Part shown: in pieces, positions 24,306 through 36,073 of the stretch | How positions within the stretch are numbered: the first letter of the stretch is position 1 | How the letters are laid out: each line of letters starts with the position of its first letter | DNA from: Dudresnaya verticillata | Taxonomy: Eukaryota | DNA: 64,000 bases | NCBI GenBank assembly: GCA_977862235.1 | Contig: OZ374561.1 | Coordinates: 1,426,001-1,490,000 of the forward strand | Direction: 5' to 3' | The notes under the pieces: model-generated | The model's input: the letters and a program-made list of their open reading frames with translations, nothing else | Database searches by the model: none | Told to the model about the DNA's origin: nothing | Program-made: the position numbers and the translations under genes

Positions 24306-27300
24306 ATGGTGATAACGGGCAGCACGACGCGCCGCCGCAGCGTCACAACAGGCGCGCAAGCCCCGCCCTCGCGGGGGAGCGGCGGCGCCAACAGCGGCGG
24401 CGCCAGCAGCGGTGGCGGAACACCTGCGAAACGCAAGCGCGGCGGCGGCCCAGGCCGGCCGGGGCGCACGGCTGCGAACGTGTCGCTGCACGCGAAGGAG
24501 CAGCATGACCTGGAGGCGGCGGCCGTGTCGGATGGGCTGGACCAGCTGGACAAGATCGTAGCTGCGCTCCAGCGCCTGCGCGATGGCGGGCCGCTGCCGG
24601 ATGCGCCGGGGCTGCCACGCGAGTGGAACTCGCCGGAGACCCTGTTCGCCATGACCGAGGTCATCGACGAGAACCCCCGCCCCACCCTCGAGTACGTGCT
24701 CGGCGTGCTCGGCGCAACCGCCGTTCCCAAGCGCCTGGCCGAGCGCCAGCGCTCGCAGGGCGCGCGCGCCTTCACGGCGCACCTCCGCAATCGCGCCATT
24801 CGACGGAAGCGCGAGGCTATGGAGGAGCGGACCCGCAAGGCGAAGGAGGCGCGCGAGGCGGAGGCGAAGTCCGCACTGGAAAAGCAGCAGGATGCGAAGG
24901 GTGCCAAAGCGGAGCAGCATGTGGAACCGGTGGAGGAGAAGCGCAGCGCCAGCGACCCGAAGCACGAAGGCGTCGAACCGCAAAAGACGGCACCTGCTCC
25001 TAGTACGGGTGCTGACGCGTCGCCTGCGGCTAGTTCTCCACCGCCTACAGGTGCGGCTGCAGACAGACAGCATGAGCACGAGAAACCTGCCGCGGAGGTC
25101 GCTACCGAGACCAAAAAGACCATCAGCGCTGCGCCGGAGCCTGCCACGCAGGAGGAAGTCGGAGCCAATTTGCCGGCTTTGGAAGCGCGCAGCCCGCCTT
25201 CGTCTACGATAGCTGTTAAGAAGGAGATGCTCGCTACATCTGCAAAGGCTGATCGCACACCGGCTTCCGCTCCAGAGCAGCCTGAAGTTGCAGCGGAACA
25301 CCAAGCGTCTAGTGATGATGAACATGCAAGTCTTGTCAAGGCAATGCAAGACGCCACCAATATAGCAGGCCAGAGTTTGTTGGCGGAGAAGCGGGCTTTG
25401 GATGCGGGCCAACCTGTGCCCATGGATGTTGATGCTGTGGAGGAGGAACAAACAGATGCCAATATGCAAGCAGCAGAAAGCCAGCCTCCTGTTGATAAGG
25501 TTGCGCTGAGCGGTGCATCTGAGGATGTTACGGAGCACGAGCCTGAGCCGGTGTCTGCGACTGAAGTAAGAGAGCAAGATGTCCCAATGAAGGGAGTTGA
25601 CAAGGTCGCAGCACCCACTGATTCCGGCTCCAAGCCATCACAGAACGTGGAGGTAGATGGTTTGACTGTCGATGCCACGGCGGTGAAGACAACAGAAGAG
25701 CCAGGGATCGGCCGAGGTTCAGGTGGTTCTGGAACCAAACGCGGCGTGACAATCGCTGATGGTGCATCAGAGGCAGTTTCAGAGGCAGTTTCAGAGCACT
25801 CGAGAGGGTCTGACGAGAATAAGACAAATTCAGAAAAGCAGGAGTTGAATGTTTTAGCCCCAGAGACGAAACAGACTGCTGTGAGCACTCCAGAATCTCA
25901 CCCCCCTCCGACACCTCAACAGGATTCACAGCAGATCGAGTTGTCAAAGTCCGGTGACGAAGATACAAAGAAATTGGAGGAAGTTCAAGCGGCCGAAACC
26001 AAAGAGTCCCCACGGAAGGCCGGGAAAACGCCTGAAGAGCCGGCAGAGTCTGCTCAAACATCTGCAGCCAAGTCTACTGCTGTGGATGCCGAAGCCTTGG
26101 AAAAGAAACCCGCAGCAGTTGACACAAGTGCCAAGGGTGGAAACGGACAGGACAGGCCAGATAAAGAACAAACAAACATGTTGAAGAACGCAGGTAATCC
26201 ATCAACAGAGGCTCGACCGCCGGCTGATACGCAGAAGCTAACAGTTCCACCACGGAAGGCAATTTCCCCACGCAGTTTACGCGACAAAGGAGATAAAGAG
26301 GCCAAATTGGATGTGCAACCTGCTAATACTGAACCGGTCAAATCAGACACAATCGTCCCTATTTCGAAGAAGGCAGAGGATAAGCAAGACGAGCCGAAGG
26401 AAGCTCCCAGCAAAGCGAATGAGGACGTGAAACCTGTTGTAAAGTCAGAGCCAGGCTCTGTCAAGCAGAAGACCATCAAGAAGACTGAGCACCGAGCTCC
26501 GAAGAAAAGGTTCCAAGAAAGGAAGGAAGATCATGAAGAGGTTGATCGAGATGCGACAGAAGCACCCAGCAAGGAGATAGCCAGTGCTCCAAAGCTGAAG
26601 AGCAAGGAGAGTCGTGATGGGCCGAAAGTGCGCAAGTCGAAGGAGAAGGAGAAGGTCCCGGAAAGACGAGTGGGATCTCGCAGGCTGTCATACTTTAGGG
26701 AAGATCTTGTTCATCCTCATGCACCGAAAACTAGGTTACGACGTGAATCTTCTCATCTCCGTGATCCTTCATCCCTTCCCGCAGATACAGACCCGTTTAT
26801 TGTTGATTGTTTTCATATATGGAAGACCATTAACCAGGACAAGATTACGATTCCTTTCCGGAAGCCTGTGACGGTCAAAGATGCTCCAAATTACTTTGAT
26901 GTAGTTAAGAATCCTATGGATCTGTCCACTGTGCGCAAGCAGCTGGAAGATAAGACGATCAAAACACCAGAAGACTTCTATGCCAAGATGCTGTTGATAT
27001 GCAGCAATGCCACCTTGTTCAATGACGCTGATTCTGATCTATACGAACTTGCCCAAGAGTTGCGTCAGAAGATAAAGAAAGCGGTCAAGCCTGTATTGAA
27101 GGACTGGCGGGCATCGGTAGCAGCTGCGAAGAAGGAAAGTGGCTCTAACAAGGTTAGTGCTGCGGCTTCCAATGCCAGTGCTGGTACGGCACAAGTTCGC
27201 AAGCTGTCGGAGTCATCCTCCGATTCGAGGCAAAGCTCTGAGAGCGAGGCCGAGGCAAGTGTGGGACGGGGAACGGCGCGCTATCCTCCAAGACGAGGGA

Positions 27301-27653
27301 GTGGAAGCGCGGGGGGGAGCGGTCATACTGCAAGTGGTCGACCGACCAGTACACGAGGCCGGAAGAAGTACACACGTGGTCGTGGAAAGGCGACAACACG
27401 GGGAGGCCACTCACGTAGAATGCAGGACTGGAGCGATGACGATGATGACGATGTCGTCACTATTCCACCACCTCGTGGGAGGAGAGGAAGTCGCGGTGGC
27501 CGTGGTGGTGCCGGGCGACGTGGCGGTGCCGCTAGAGATGCGTTGAGTTCTGCGCGAAAAGGGAAAAGAGGAAGACCTCCTGTCGAAGAGGAACCCGAGG
27601 AAGGGCGGAAGAAGAGAAGAATATCTGTCAGGAAACGAAGGGAAGACGACTGA
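24306..27653 (+). CDS. Bromodomain-containing nuclear protein
   Basis: 1115 aa; bromodomain IPFRKPV..DAPNYFDVVKNPMDLSTV..LICSNATLFN (acetyl-Lys Asn retained); long disordered region; RG-rich tail with AT-hook-like KRGRPP and basic NLS. Confidence 0.93.
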   Translation: MVITGSTTRRRSVTTGAQAPPSRGSGGANSGGASSGGGTPAKRKRGGGPGRPGRTAANVSLHAKEQHDLEAAAVSDGLDQLDKIVAALQRLRDGGPLPDAPGLPREWNSPETLFAMTEVIDENPRPTLEYVLGVLGATAVPKRLAERQRSQGARAFTAHLRNRAIRRKREAMEERTRKAKEAREAEAKSALEKQQDAKGAKAEQHVEPVEEKRSASDPKHEGVEPQKTAPAPSTGADASPAASSPPPTGAAADRQHEHEKPAAEVATETKKTISAAPEPATQEEVGANLPALEARSPPSSTIAVKKEMLATSAKADRTPASAPEQPEVAAEHQASSDDEHASLVKAMQDATNIAGQSLLAEKRALDAGQPVPMDVDAVEEEQTDANMQAAESQPPVDKVALSGASEDVTEHEPEPVSATEVREQDVPMKGVDKVAAPTDSGSKPSQNVEVDGLTVDATAVKTTEEPGIGRGSGGSGTKRGVTIADGASEAVSEAVSEHSRGSDENKTNSEKQELNVLAPETKQTAVSTPESHPPPTPQQDSQQIELSKSGDEDTKKLEEVQAAETKESPRKAGKTPEEPAESAQTSAAKSTAVDAEALEKKPAAVDTSAKGGNGQDRPDKEQTNMLKNAGNPSTEARPPADTQKLTVPPRKAISPRSLRDKGDKEAKLDVQPANTEPVKSDTIVPISKKAEDKQDEPKEAPSKANEDVKPVVKSEPGSVKQKTIKKTEHRAPKKRFQERKEDHEEVDRDATEAPSKEIASAPKLKSKESRDGPKVRKSKEKEKVPERRVGSRRLSYFREDLVHPHAPKTRLRRESSHLRDPSSLPADTDPFIVDCFHIWKTINQDKITIPFRKPVTVKDAPNYFDVVKNPMDLSTVRKQLEDKTIKTPEDFYAKMLLICSNATLFNDADSDLYELAQELRQKIKKAVKPVLKDWRASVAAAKKESGSNKVSAAASNASAGTAQVRKLSESSSDSRQSSESEAEASVGRGTARYPPRRGSGSAGGSGHTASGRPTSTRGRKKYTRGRGKATTRGGHSRRMQDWSDDDDDDVVTIPPPRGRRGSRGGRGGAGRRGGAARDALSSARKGKRGRPPVEEEPEEGRKKRRISVRKRREDD

Positions 27654-27866
27654 TCGCATTGTAAGAGATATGAGACTCGTTTCCGTGAGGGTGTCTGTTT
27701 GTATTATTATAACGCCTATCTCCCTAGCATCGATGCACATAGCCATGCAGCTCTTTGGCCATACTATAGGGAGTCTCTTGCCGTTTTCCTTCAATCTGCG
27801 AACTGCAATTAGCGTTCGCGTGCTGCACGGTGTTACTCCATTCAAAGCATGCTAGCGGAAGCAGTC

Positions 27867-29489
27867 TTATTCAGCTCCGTATCTATCTTCACCGTTGACT
27901 TCACCATCAACTTCTTGAAAGAAGGCCTGATCCTCGGATCCTGTTGCATTGCCAATATCAACACCGTGGCGTCTCAAAGTATTGTCCCTGAATTCAATTC
28001 TCTTCCTTCTCGTCACATGTTCCTTCTCCAAAACCTTCAACTGTAACGCCGTGATTCCGTCATATGAAGCAACACTGCTCTCTGCTACCTCCTTCACACA
28101 GAACTTGAACATCTGTTCGGAGCGTTCCATTCTCTCCGGGTTGACTTGCCCGTCCTCACTCAGCTCTGTTGCCCAAGCAATCACATCATTACTAGCAACC
28201 AGTCTCAATTCCTCACTGAGCCCTTTCTCGCTCAACAGCTCTATAACAGGTCCAAACAGAGCGTCCTGGGCGGCAGCAGCAAAACGGTTCACCTGTTCCC
28301 TCACAAGACTGGTAACAGGGTCCTCTCCTGCATCCTCTGTTGCCTCGGCAACACCCTCCCCCAGCGGCAAAAACTTCCTCAACTCCGGCGTGAACTCGGC
28401 AGCCACTCGGATGGCTGTCTGCAAAAGCTCTCTCCACGTCGATTCGTACCCCGCATGTCCCGGTTCGTCTCGCAGCGGCTCATCAAGAGGGTTGTCCCCA
28501 CCCGGAACGCGAAATGCCCGTACAGCCGCCATAATACCGGCATCCAGAGTGTGCCAGTGCGTCTCAATGCCAAAGACGACATGCAGTGACATGCTCTCCG
28601 CAGTGCGTGCGTCCAGACCACACCCGCGCGGAATGTAGAGCACGTCCCCCTCCTGCAATGTGAATGTCTTAGCCACGATCTCTTGCATAGCATCACCCGC
28701 GGCTCGCAGAACATCCTCACTGGCCAGGTGGCGTGGGGCAGGGTACGGGAACATCTCCACGTATAACCTCGCGTCGAGGGTTCCCTCGAGCTGGATGAGA
28801 AAGACGTCATCTGCAAACATGTCCGCGACTCGAGCTTGCGTGACGGCACGTGTCTCTGGCGGGACAAAGTGTAGATTCACCCGCACAGGTTCGGCAAAGT
28901 AGCTGCGCAGCGCGTCGGCGAGGGTTGCAGCGGCGTGGGTGCGGAGGTGGAGGTTGCGTAGGACGAGCTCAAAGCCATCACGGAACGACTGCTGCACGGC
29001 GCGCAGGTCAACGGCGTGGCGGGCCGCGCCCGGCATGGACGGATAGAACGAGGCTATGGCGGCACGGCGCGGCTCAGATGACGAGAGGCGGCGCAGGACG
29101 ACGTCTTCATGCATCGACAGCGTGGCGCCCGGCGAGGCGGCCGACGCATTGCGAGAGAGTAGCGCGTCGACGTCATTGTGCGGGACCAGACGGCGGTAGT
29201 GCTCCAGCCACGCGCGGCGGTTCGGCCGCGTGGCGTGGCGGATATGGTGTGGCCGACGCTCGAAGGACTCCTGGAAGAAGGCCTCTGTCGCATCAGACGA
29301 GCCTAGCAGCAGATGCAGCGGGTCGAATGTGGGTGGGGGAGGCGGCGGTGATGGCGGTGGCGGTGGCGACGGGCGCGCAGGGCACTTGGGCGGCGGGGCT
29401 GAACCGTACACAACGCCAAGCAGCAGCGGAAGCAGCAGCAGCAGCAGCAGCAGGAATGGGTGCGTGAGAGCGCTTGGGGTCGCGGTCAT
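27867..29489 (-). CDS. JmjC/cupin ribosomal-oxygenase (NO66/MINA53/YcfD)-like protein with N-terminal signal peptide
   Basis: ATG 29489; hydrophobic FLLLLLLLLPLLLGVVYG; FFQESFERRPHHI, DVFLIQLEG, LQEGDVLYIPRG, SLHVVFG match ROX-family JmjC; metal ligands appear lost. Confidence 0.85.
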   Translation of the reverse strand: MTATPSALTHPFLLLLLLLLPLLLGVVYGSAPPPKCPARPSPPPPPSPPPPPPTFDPLHLLLGSSDATEAFFQESFERRPHHIRHATRPNRRAWLEHYRRLVPHNDVDALLSRNASAASPGATLSMHEDVVLRRLSSSEPRRAAIASFYPSMPGAARHAVDLRAVQQSFRDGFELVLRNLHLRTHAAATLADALRSYFAEPVRVNLHFVPPETRAVTQARVADMFADDVFLIQLEGTLDARLYVEMFPYPAPRHLASEDVLRAAGDAMQEIVAKTFTLQEGDVLYIPRGCGLDARTAESMSLHVVFGIETHWHTLDAGIMAAVRAFRVPGGDNPLDEPLRDEPGHAGYESTWRELLQTAIRVAAEFTPELRKFLPLGEGVAEATEDAGEDPVTSLVREQVNRFAAAAQDALFGPVIELLSEKGLSEELRLVASNDVIAWATELSEDGQVNPERMERSEQMFKFCVKEVAESSVASYDGITALQLKVLEKEHVTRRKRIEFRDNTLRRHGVDIGNATGSEDQAFFQEVDGEVNGEDRYGAE

Positions 29490-29836
29490 GGTGGCGCGGT
29501 GAGGAGCTGGTGAAGATGGCGTTGAGTGCGATGCGCGCGGCGCGCGGCAAGGGAGGGCGATGGAGACATGGTGATGGTGACCGCGCGCGGAGACAGCGGG
29601 CGGAAGGCAGAACGGGTCGCCGAAGGGGCGGGGCCGGCGCGGCGTCAGATCCGACACGTTGGCCTCTCGCGCTGTACCGAAAAACTGTAGCACGACGGAA
29701 ACTGCTGTTACGCTCAATACTGAATGTGCGTCTTCCAGCGGGCTGGCACCGGCACATCCCGACGCATCACCGCCTCGCAGACCCTGCCGCCCACCCGTCC
29801 CCGCCCCGCCCCGCCCGTCCCCAACCGACTGTCTCC

Positions 29837-30469
29837 ATGGCGATGCAGCCCTCTACCGAAACCGTCTTCGTCTGCCCTACCTGCTCCGAGGAGGTGCCGG
29901 AGCAGAACCGCACGCCGCATGCGCTGTCGTGCCAACGCCGCCAGCGGCTCGCTAGAGCATCCGCGCGGAGATGGCCACAGCCGAACCCATCGCCGCCGTC
30001 GCTGCTTCTGCAGCCGGCGCCCCCGTCAGCGGAACTCGGCACAGCGTCGTCCAAATCCCCGCCATCCGCGCCGCGCACCGCGTCGACGGCAACCCCGACG
30101 CCGCCCCCGCCGCGGCTGCAGCAGCCATGCCCGTACTGCGCGCTTCCGCTGTCGCAGCCAGCCTTCCGGGCGCATCTGCTTGAGTGCGGCGCGCGGACCG
30201 ACACATGTGAACGGTGCCAGCGGCGTGTGCGGCGGCGCGACGGCGCGCTGCACGAGCAGACGCGGTGCGCGCAGGGCGCCACGTCCGGCGCGCAGGTCCA
30301 GCGCCAGCCGCTGGTGCAGCGCGACAACCGGCGCAGACGGGCCGTGCCAGCCGCTGCGAGCACGCGTGACGAGTCGTGGGCCGGCACGGCCGTCGTCGCC
30401 GCCGCTGCTACGGCTGCCGTCGCCGCCCTTGCCGTCGGTGTGTTCTCGGGTCGCAGGAGGCGGCGGTAG
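29837..30469 (+). CDS. TRAF-type/XAF1-like zinc-finger protein with C-terminal membrane anchor
   Basis: ATG 29837; CPTC..HALSC, CPYC..HLLECGARTDTCERC..HEQTRC; hydrophobic tail followed by RRRRR. Confidence 0.8.
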   Translation: MAMQPSTETVFVCPTCSEEVPEQNRTPHALSCQRRQRLARASARRWPQPNPSPPSLLLQPAPPSAELGTASSKSPPSAPRTASTATPTPPPPRLQQPCPYCALPLSQPAFRAHLLECGARTDTCERCQRRVRRRDGALHEQTRCAQGATSGAQVQRQPLVQRDNRRRRAVPAAASTRDESWAGTAVVAAAATAAVAALAVGVFSGRRRRR

Positions 30470-30910
30470 GGGGACGGCTTTGCTTCGTTTCAGGCTCTTT
30501 TCGACTTGCAGTACTTTCGCTTTGGCGGCCTTCGCTTGACCGCGTCAGAGCATCGTCTTTCTGTGCTTAGTTTACTTTCGATACCATTAGACAAACATGT
30601 CGCGACGCCGTATGTCCACCTACGACACATTCTGCAAACTAAACTTATTTGCGCCCAGACGCGTTTTAAGACCGACCGTCCCATCTCCTGCCCTTCTCCA
30701 CGCGTCGCCGTCTCGCCTCACTACCCGCGACCCGACTGCCGCGCAACAACTGCCCCGTCCCGCTCTTCGCGTCGCACAAAAAATAAAACACTCCCCAAAA
30801 CGGTGGGTCGCCAAGTCGTCTTCAAGGTCATCTTCCACCGTGCCACAAACCGCACTCCGCAACACACAAACACGCAAGCTGCGCGCAACGCCGCGGTGGC
30901 AGTCGTTGAG

Positions 30911-31953
30911 TTAGTAGCAGTTATGCGCTTGGACGGGGGCGGGGTATCCAAGCTTCGGCGCCGCGTGGCTCATCATAGAAGTGCCAGCGACAGGGCGGAA
31001 CACAATGCGCGGCTGTGCGGGGCGGCTCCACGTGGGATGGCAGAAGGCATTACACACGTGCTGGCTGAAGAACGACACTATGCCCTCCGGGCCAAGATCC
31101 GTCACGCCAAACCGCTTGCCCAGCGACAGCACCACCGGGTCCGTCAACACCGCGCTGTTCGAGTAGATTCCGCCTTGCAGGTCGCACAACACATACTGTC
31201 CACCCGAGATGTGGTAGCTGAAGTGTGATAGTGCTTGCATCACTTGTGGCCATGGCGTTGAGTTGTCATTCCAGCCCTGTTTTGGAAACGGCCGTCAGAA
31301 CGTTGGGAGAGTTACACACCGTTAGCAGGTTAGCGAGTTGCAGTTGAGTACGCGAGATGCAAAAGTGTGCCTGGACGCGGTTATCGTACCGTGTTGGAGT
31401 TGAACTTTTGGTAGTTCTTGATGTACGGCTCCTGCAAGATCATGGACCCAGCCCAGGGCCCGCTGCCATCAGTGAACTTCCAGATCTCGGGTATGTTGAC
31501 GCGCACGACCATATCGACCAAGCCGGCGGCATTGAACTTGGTGACTATCTCAAGAGCCTTGTCGACAGCCTTGATATCATGGCGAAAGAACTCCTCGGAG
31601 AAGACGGTGCCGCTCTTGAACCACTTGCCCACGCACGGCTCGCCGGCTCGCGGCCCAGCCGTGTATTTCCCCTTGGCAACCCAACGGAACGAGCCCTGCG
31701 CGAACGGCGCCATCAGCGCGTCGGTCGAGAACTCGGCCGAGTGTGCGTTGATACGCCGCGCGTACTCGCCACGCGCGTCGCCCGCCGGGGCGGGTCGCAG
31801 CGCGGCCGTGCGCGCCACTCGCTCGCACGCCAGACACACGGGGGCCCCGCCGACATTCCCGCCACCTCCCACGCCGCCCGCGGCCGCCCACTGCGCCGGA
31901 GAGAACAACTGCCCCGGCAGCGCGCGCTGACAGCTCGAGCAGTGCCGTGACAT
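30911..31953 (-). CDS. Alpha-kinase (eEF2K/MHCK family), 2 exons: 31953-31390 and 31276-30911 (~309 aa)
   Basis: FAQGSFR, CVGKWFK, EPYIKNYQKFNSNT|GW joined across a 113-nt phase-0 GT..CAG intron (31389-31277) with CTGAC/GCTAAC branch-like sites; QALSHFSY, CDLQG, LTDP, DLGPEG, HVCNAFC. Confidence 0.93.
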
Positions 31954-32249
31954 CGCGCGCGAGCGCGCCCCGGCCAGCCGCGCGCGCCCGCCGCGGCCGC
32001 GCAAACTCGGTCGCCGCGCCGCGTGCGTGCACGCGTGGCTGTGTTCCTGTCTGCCTGCGCGACTGTGCGCACGCTCGTCAAGTCTGTGACCCACGGCACC
32101 GCCTTCCTCGCGCCCCGCCGGGTGGAAGTTGCGTCAAGCCCCATTTCAGCAATGCCGTTCAGTGGGCTCCGCGAGCCCAAATTTTATTCGCCGACGGCCG
32201 ATGCGGCATGGCATCCTCGCGTTGCGCGCAGCCGCCGCCGCCGCTGTCC

Positions 32250-32876
32250 TCACGCAACGGCATCCCGAAGGAGCCTCGCCACGAGGTCAACGGGCAGTCC
32301 CATGATGCTGTCAAGGGAGCCCTCGCGGCGGCCGAGAAACGGACTTAGCAGCGGGTCCTCAACGGTGATGCCACCGGCGCAGTGCAACACGTCCCCCTTG
32401 GCCACCAGTGCGTCGATCACGTCCTCGGGCAGCGGCCTCAGCTCCTGCGTCGCCACGTCCACGCCCTCCACCCGCCGGCCCGCACCCGTCGTCACCACCA
32501 CTGCCGTCACTGTTACCACCGGGGCTCGCGCATACCCGCGCAGGTAGTCCCTGCACTCGTCTGCGCTTCCCGGCTTCTCGCGGATCCGGCCGTCGAACGA
32601 CAGCACCTGATCCGATGTTAGCAGCACGCCGTCCGGTTCCAGCTGCGCCTGCAGCGCCGTTGCCTTTGCATTCGCCAGCGCTAGAGTCAGCGCGCTGGGA
32701 TCCGCTGTCGATCGGTCTGCATACCCCGCCGTGATGGCCCGCTCGTCGATGTCCGCCGAGAGTGACGTGAACGAAATCCACGGGAAATGCTGGCGGAACA
32801 GTGCGTGCCGGTACTTGGACGCCGTCCCTAGCAAGACATTGCGCGACTCCAGCTTCTCCAGGTCCTCCCGGCGCAT
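32250..32876 (-). CDS. maf: Maf/YceF-family nucleoside-triphosphate pyrophosphatase
   Basis: LGTASKYR, DIDER, ANAKA, LLTSDQV..REKP, HCAGG, SIMGLP; ATG 32876. Confidence 0.92.
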   Translation of the reverse strand: MRREDLEKLESRNVLLGTASKYRHALFRQHFPWISFTSLSADIDERAITAGYADRSTADPSALTLALANAKATALQAQLEPDGVLLTSDQVLSFDGRIREKPGSADECRDYLRGYARAPVVTVTAVVVTTGAGRRVEGVDVATQELRPLPEDVIDALVAKGDVLHCAGGITVEDPLLSPFLGRREGSLDSIMGLPVDLVARLLRDAVA

Positions 32877-35561
32877 CTTCTCCTGTCCTTCTGCCACTTC
32901 CTTGGCCAGACGCCTCGAATGCCACGCGAATAGTCCGGATCCGCCGTGCGGTGACGAAGCCTATAAAAGCAAATATTCCGGTAGTAGAAAAATGGCAAAG
33001 CGCTTTGCAGTGCCTCGATTCACTATGGAGAGACGAAAGCAAACATCTCAAAAGACTTTCTTTGTCATCAAAGCTGCTCCCCCCCTAGCACGGCTCCAGA
33101 CAGCCTTTGCCGAGGAAGGCTGCATTGCCCAGCAACTCTTCCCAAAAGCCCAAGGCCTGATGCCTCCCAAATGCCCCCCAAGCTGCTGCGCAAAGCTGCC
33201 GCGATGCCACGACTCGTAGCGCGACGCCGACTGCTCTCTGCTTTGATAGTTCTCTATTTTCTAAAAGCAGCTTGCAGCTCGCAATGGCTTTGCGGCACGG
33301 TCTCAAACTATACTACCAGAGTGGGTTGCAGACTGAAGCAAAATTGATGGGCATCACCGTAGTGCGTACAGAACTGCATTGCAAGCTTGAGCGTTGCAAG
33401 CAAAATTGCACAGCGTTAGTAAACCATTCAAATGCAAAGTTTACTATCTGAATATGCTGGCAACTACTTGATATCCAAGACGAGGTGCCCCTCCCCTACA
33501 TCTGCTCCATTTCTGGATACAGAAATGCTTCCAAGGCGCCCGTCCTTGGAAGCACCCCCCGTCCCCTGAAGATAACCTACAATAATAAAACACCACAAAT
33601 ACGACACAACCGACTCTTCAGCACGGCGTAGAGATTCAACAGACACAACGGAAGTTCCTGAAGAGTGCAAAAAACCTTGTTCTGTTGCTCCAGATTCACC
33701 AAGAGATTGACGCAAAGAAATGTCAGAATGTTTGCAGCTCTCAACAAAATAGAAGGCAGACCATATGCGGTACCGGACGCGTTGCTTACCGTTGTTTGCA
33801 CACCTGCGAAGAACACATCTTAACACCAACACCACAGCTCTTCAGCACCATCTCGGGTGATGAGGGTGCTGTGGTGTTCGTATTGAGAATGCCGGAAGTC
33901 GACGAGGGTGTTGATGAGCAGGCTGGTAGTCCTTAAATAGAAAAAAAAGACAATACCACCGCAAGGTGAATCGATTACAATGCTTGCACTTGTGCTACAA
34001 TTCCGTGCTGCGTTCCAGCATACAGCAAAACTGTCTGCAGCATGGAGTTTGGATGTTCTAATTGATCTGTCAGCGTGGTTTGTCTTCGGTGCCTCGTGTC
34101 GTGAGTAGGTAGTGGACGTGGCAGATGCGGTCCCATCATTACCGATGGGTGACGACCTTGAAGATAACTTGAAATGCGCTGGTGTCGCCAGGTATTGTGC
34201 GAACAGGCCGCTCTGCAACTTGCAATTGATCCCGGCGTGAATAAATTTGAAGCAATACCTCTCTGCGTGTTCTTTGACGGCGGTTGAAGCTCAGATCTCC
34301 TAAGGCCATTCGCAGACGGGCATGTGGCAAGCGTGCCAGGACACCACGTTCACCATGGTCTAATTTGTCTTCGCAGTGGAGAGGTTGAACTCCCCCTTCT
34401 TTGCTCTAATTTTTCATGCGGACTTGTTAGCCAAATCACGGTTCCCACTGTACCGTGGAAAAGCTCTCCATAGGTCTTCGAATCTAACGCTTCACCTCTA
34501 AACTTGCCAGCAAACTTCTTTTCAGAGATATCGCGATGACTTTCTTGCGCCCAGCACAAAGCTTGGAACAAGAAAAAGAAGTAAGCTTGAACTAGGCGCG
34601 CAAGACAATCATCACTATCATCAGCTTAGAGCAAAACAGTATTTGACATAAGTGTTCTCGTCGCACTGTGGGGCAAGCGGAAATCCGAAATCCGGAACAT
34701 ATCAGCGCCGCAGTGCAACCTTTGATATCACAAGCTTTTTGAATGCTTTACCTGTCTCTGCGCAGAGTGGTCAGGGCCGACCGGTCCATCTGCATTTGTC
34801 GGATTGCCGCAACCTGCAGTCGTGCGACAAGCAAGTTGTCGTCGTGTCCTACTCGGTCCATTATCGCGCCCATCGGACAAGGTCGACAAGTTGTACGTAT
34901 CGATGTGTACAGACACTTCCCTCTCAGAACATGCCTCTGTGGTCCACCAGAGATAAACAATTCGCAGCCCTTACTAAGTTCCCATGCCGTGCGCAAAGTA
35001 TCTACATCGTGTTATGGAACAATTCTGTTAGCGGCAATCTTTGATCACTACTGCACCGAACAGCCAGACCAAAAGTGTACCATACATCGCACCGGATCAC
35101 ACATACAGCATCACCATCCTGCCTTGAGATATGCAAGTGCTTTCAGGTATTGCCCTCAAAGAAGCGCTTGACAGTCAGGATCAAAAATGTCCCGGCAAAG
35201 TTGAGACCGAGGTATCGACGCCACCTTGGCTCTGAATGGCATCGGCGCCAACATGCGCCGAATTATTTCGTGGTGCCTACTTCGAGCAGATGCTGTATCA
35301 CCCGTCCAGAAGCCACCTCCAAAGGTCGCCCCAACGCACACTCATTGACCTCACCGCGATTGCGCTCACGGCCCCCTTCTCTCTTTCTGGCGACATGCAG
35401 AGACTAGTTACATTCTCCACCTACTCTGTACAAGTTGATCCGCGATAATTGAATACTGTACTCGATAATTGTATAATTCCGGTACTTGCATGATAGATCC
35501 GTCTCCCACCACGGGAGCCTTCAACATTTAACCACAAATCAGTCTCTATTCAAACTCGCTA

Positions 35562-36073
35562 CAGTCATCTCTCGATAAGAGGAACCAGTCCGTGGACCCA
35601 AGTTGGTTCCTCTAATAAGGGGGTTTCACTTAGGAAAAGGTAGAAAACATTTTAATATCAACCTGAAGAGAGTAAACAACCCTCATACCGCACAGTACTT
35701 AAAAAATCTACTGGAAGTAGTTCTCTATCCTAGTCTGCCTGGCAGATGTGCATGACTCCGCCTTGACAGCCCGCAGAGTCTGCGCAATACAACGTCTAAA
35801 GGGCGGCGTGTCCTCCCCATATCTCTCCGCAATTCGCTTTGCCAGCAGTAGTATCCGTAACTGCTCATCCCTCGACGGAAAATCAGCAAGGATATCTTCA
35901 TGGTCCTCTGGTTCTTCTGCCACATTCCTGCTTTCTAAAATAGATTCCAATAAAGCTCCTTCGGTGAATTCTTGAACGACTTCGTCTTCCCCAACTGGAT
36001 TCAGTAAATCAGGGATTCTTATATTCGAACGTGCAGGAGGTAAATTCCTCAGTACCCCTTGCAACTCGTCCCT
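35562..36073 (-). mobile_element. 3' end of a pogo/Tigger-like (Tc1/mariner superfamily) DNA transposon
   Basis: TA|CAGTCATCTCTCGATAAG terminus, subterminal inverted repeat AGAGGAACCA..TGGTTCCTCT; ORF remnant (36073-35708) with acidic stretch ending QTRIENYFQ*, the C-terminal PIP-box typical of pogo transposases. Confidence 0.75.

Noticed and set aside
24018..25888. Long minus-strand ORFs (519 and 530 aa)
   Set aside because: Antisense shadows of the GC-rich bromodomain gene; no domain features
33464..35448. Several 110-140 aa ORFs between maf and the pogo remnant
   Set aside because: No recognisable domain or consistent reading frame
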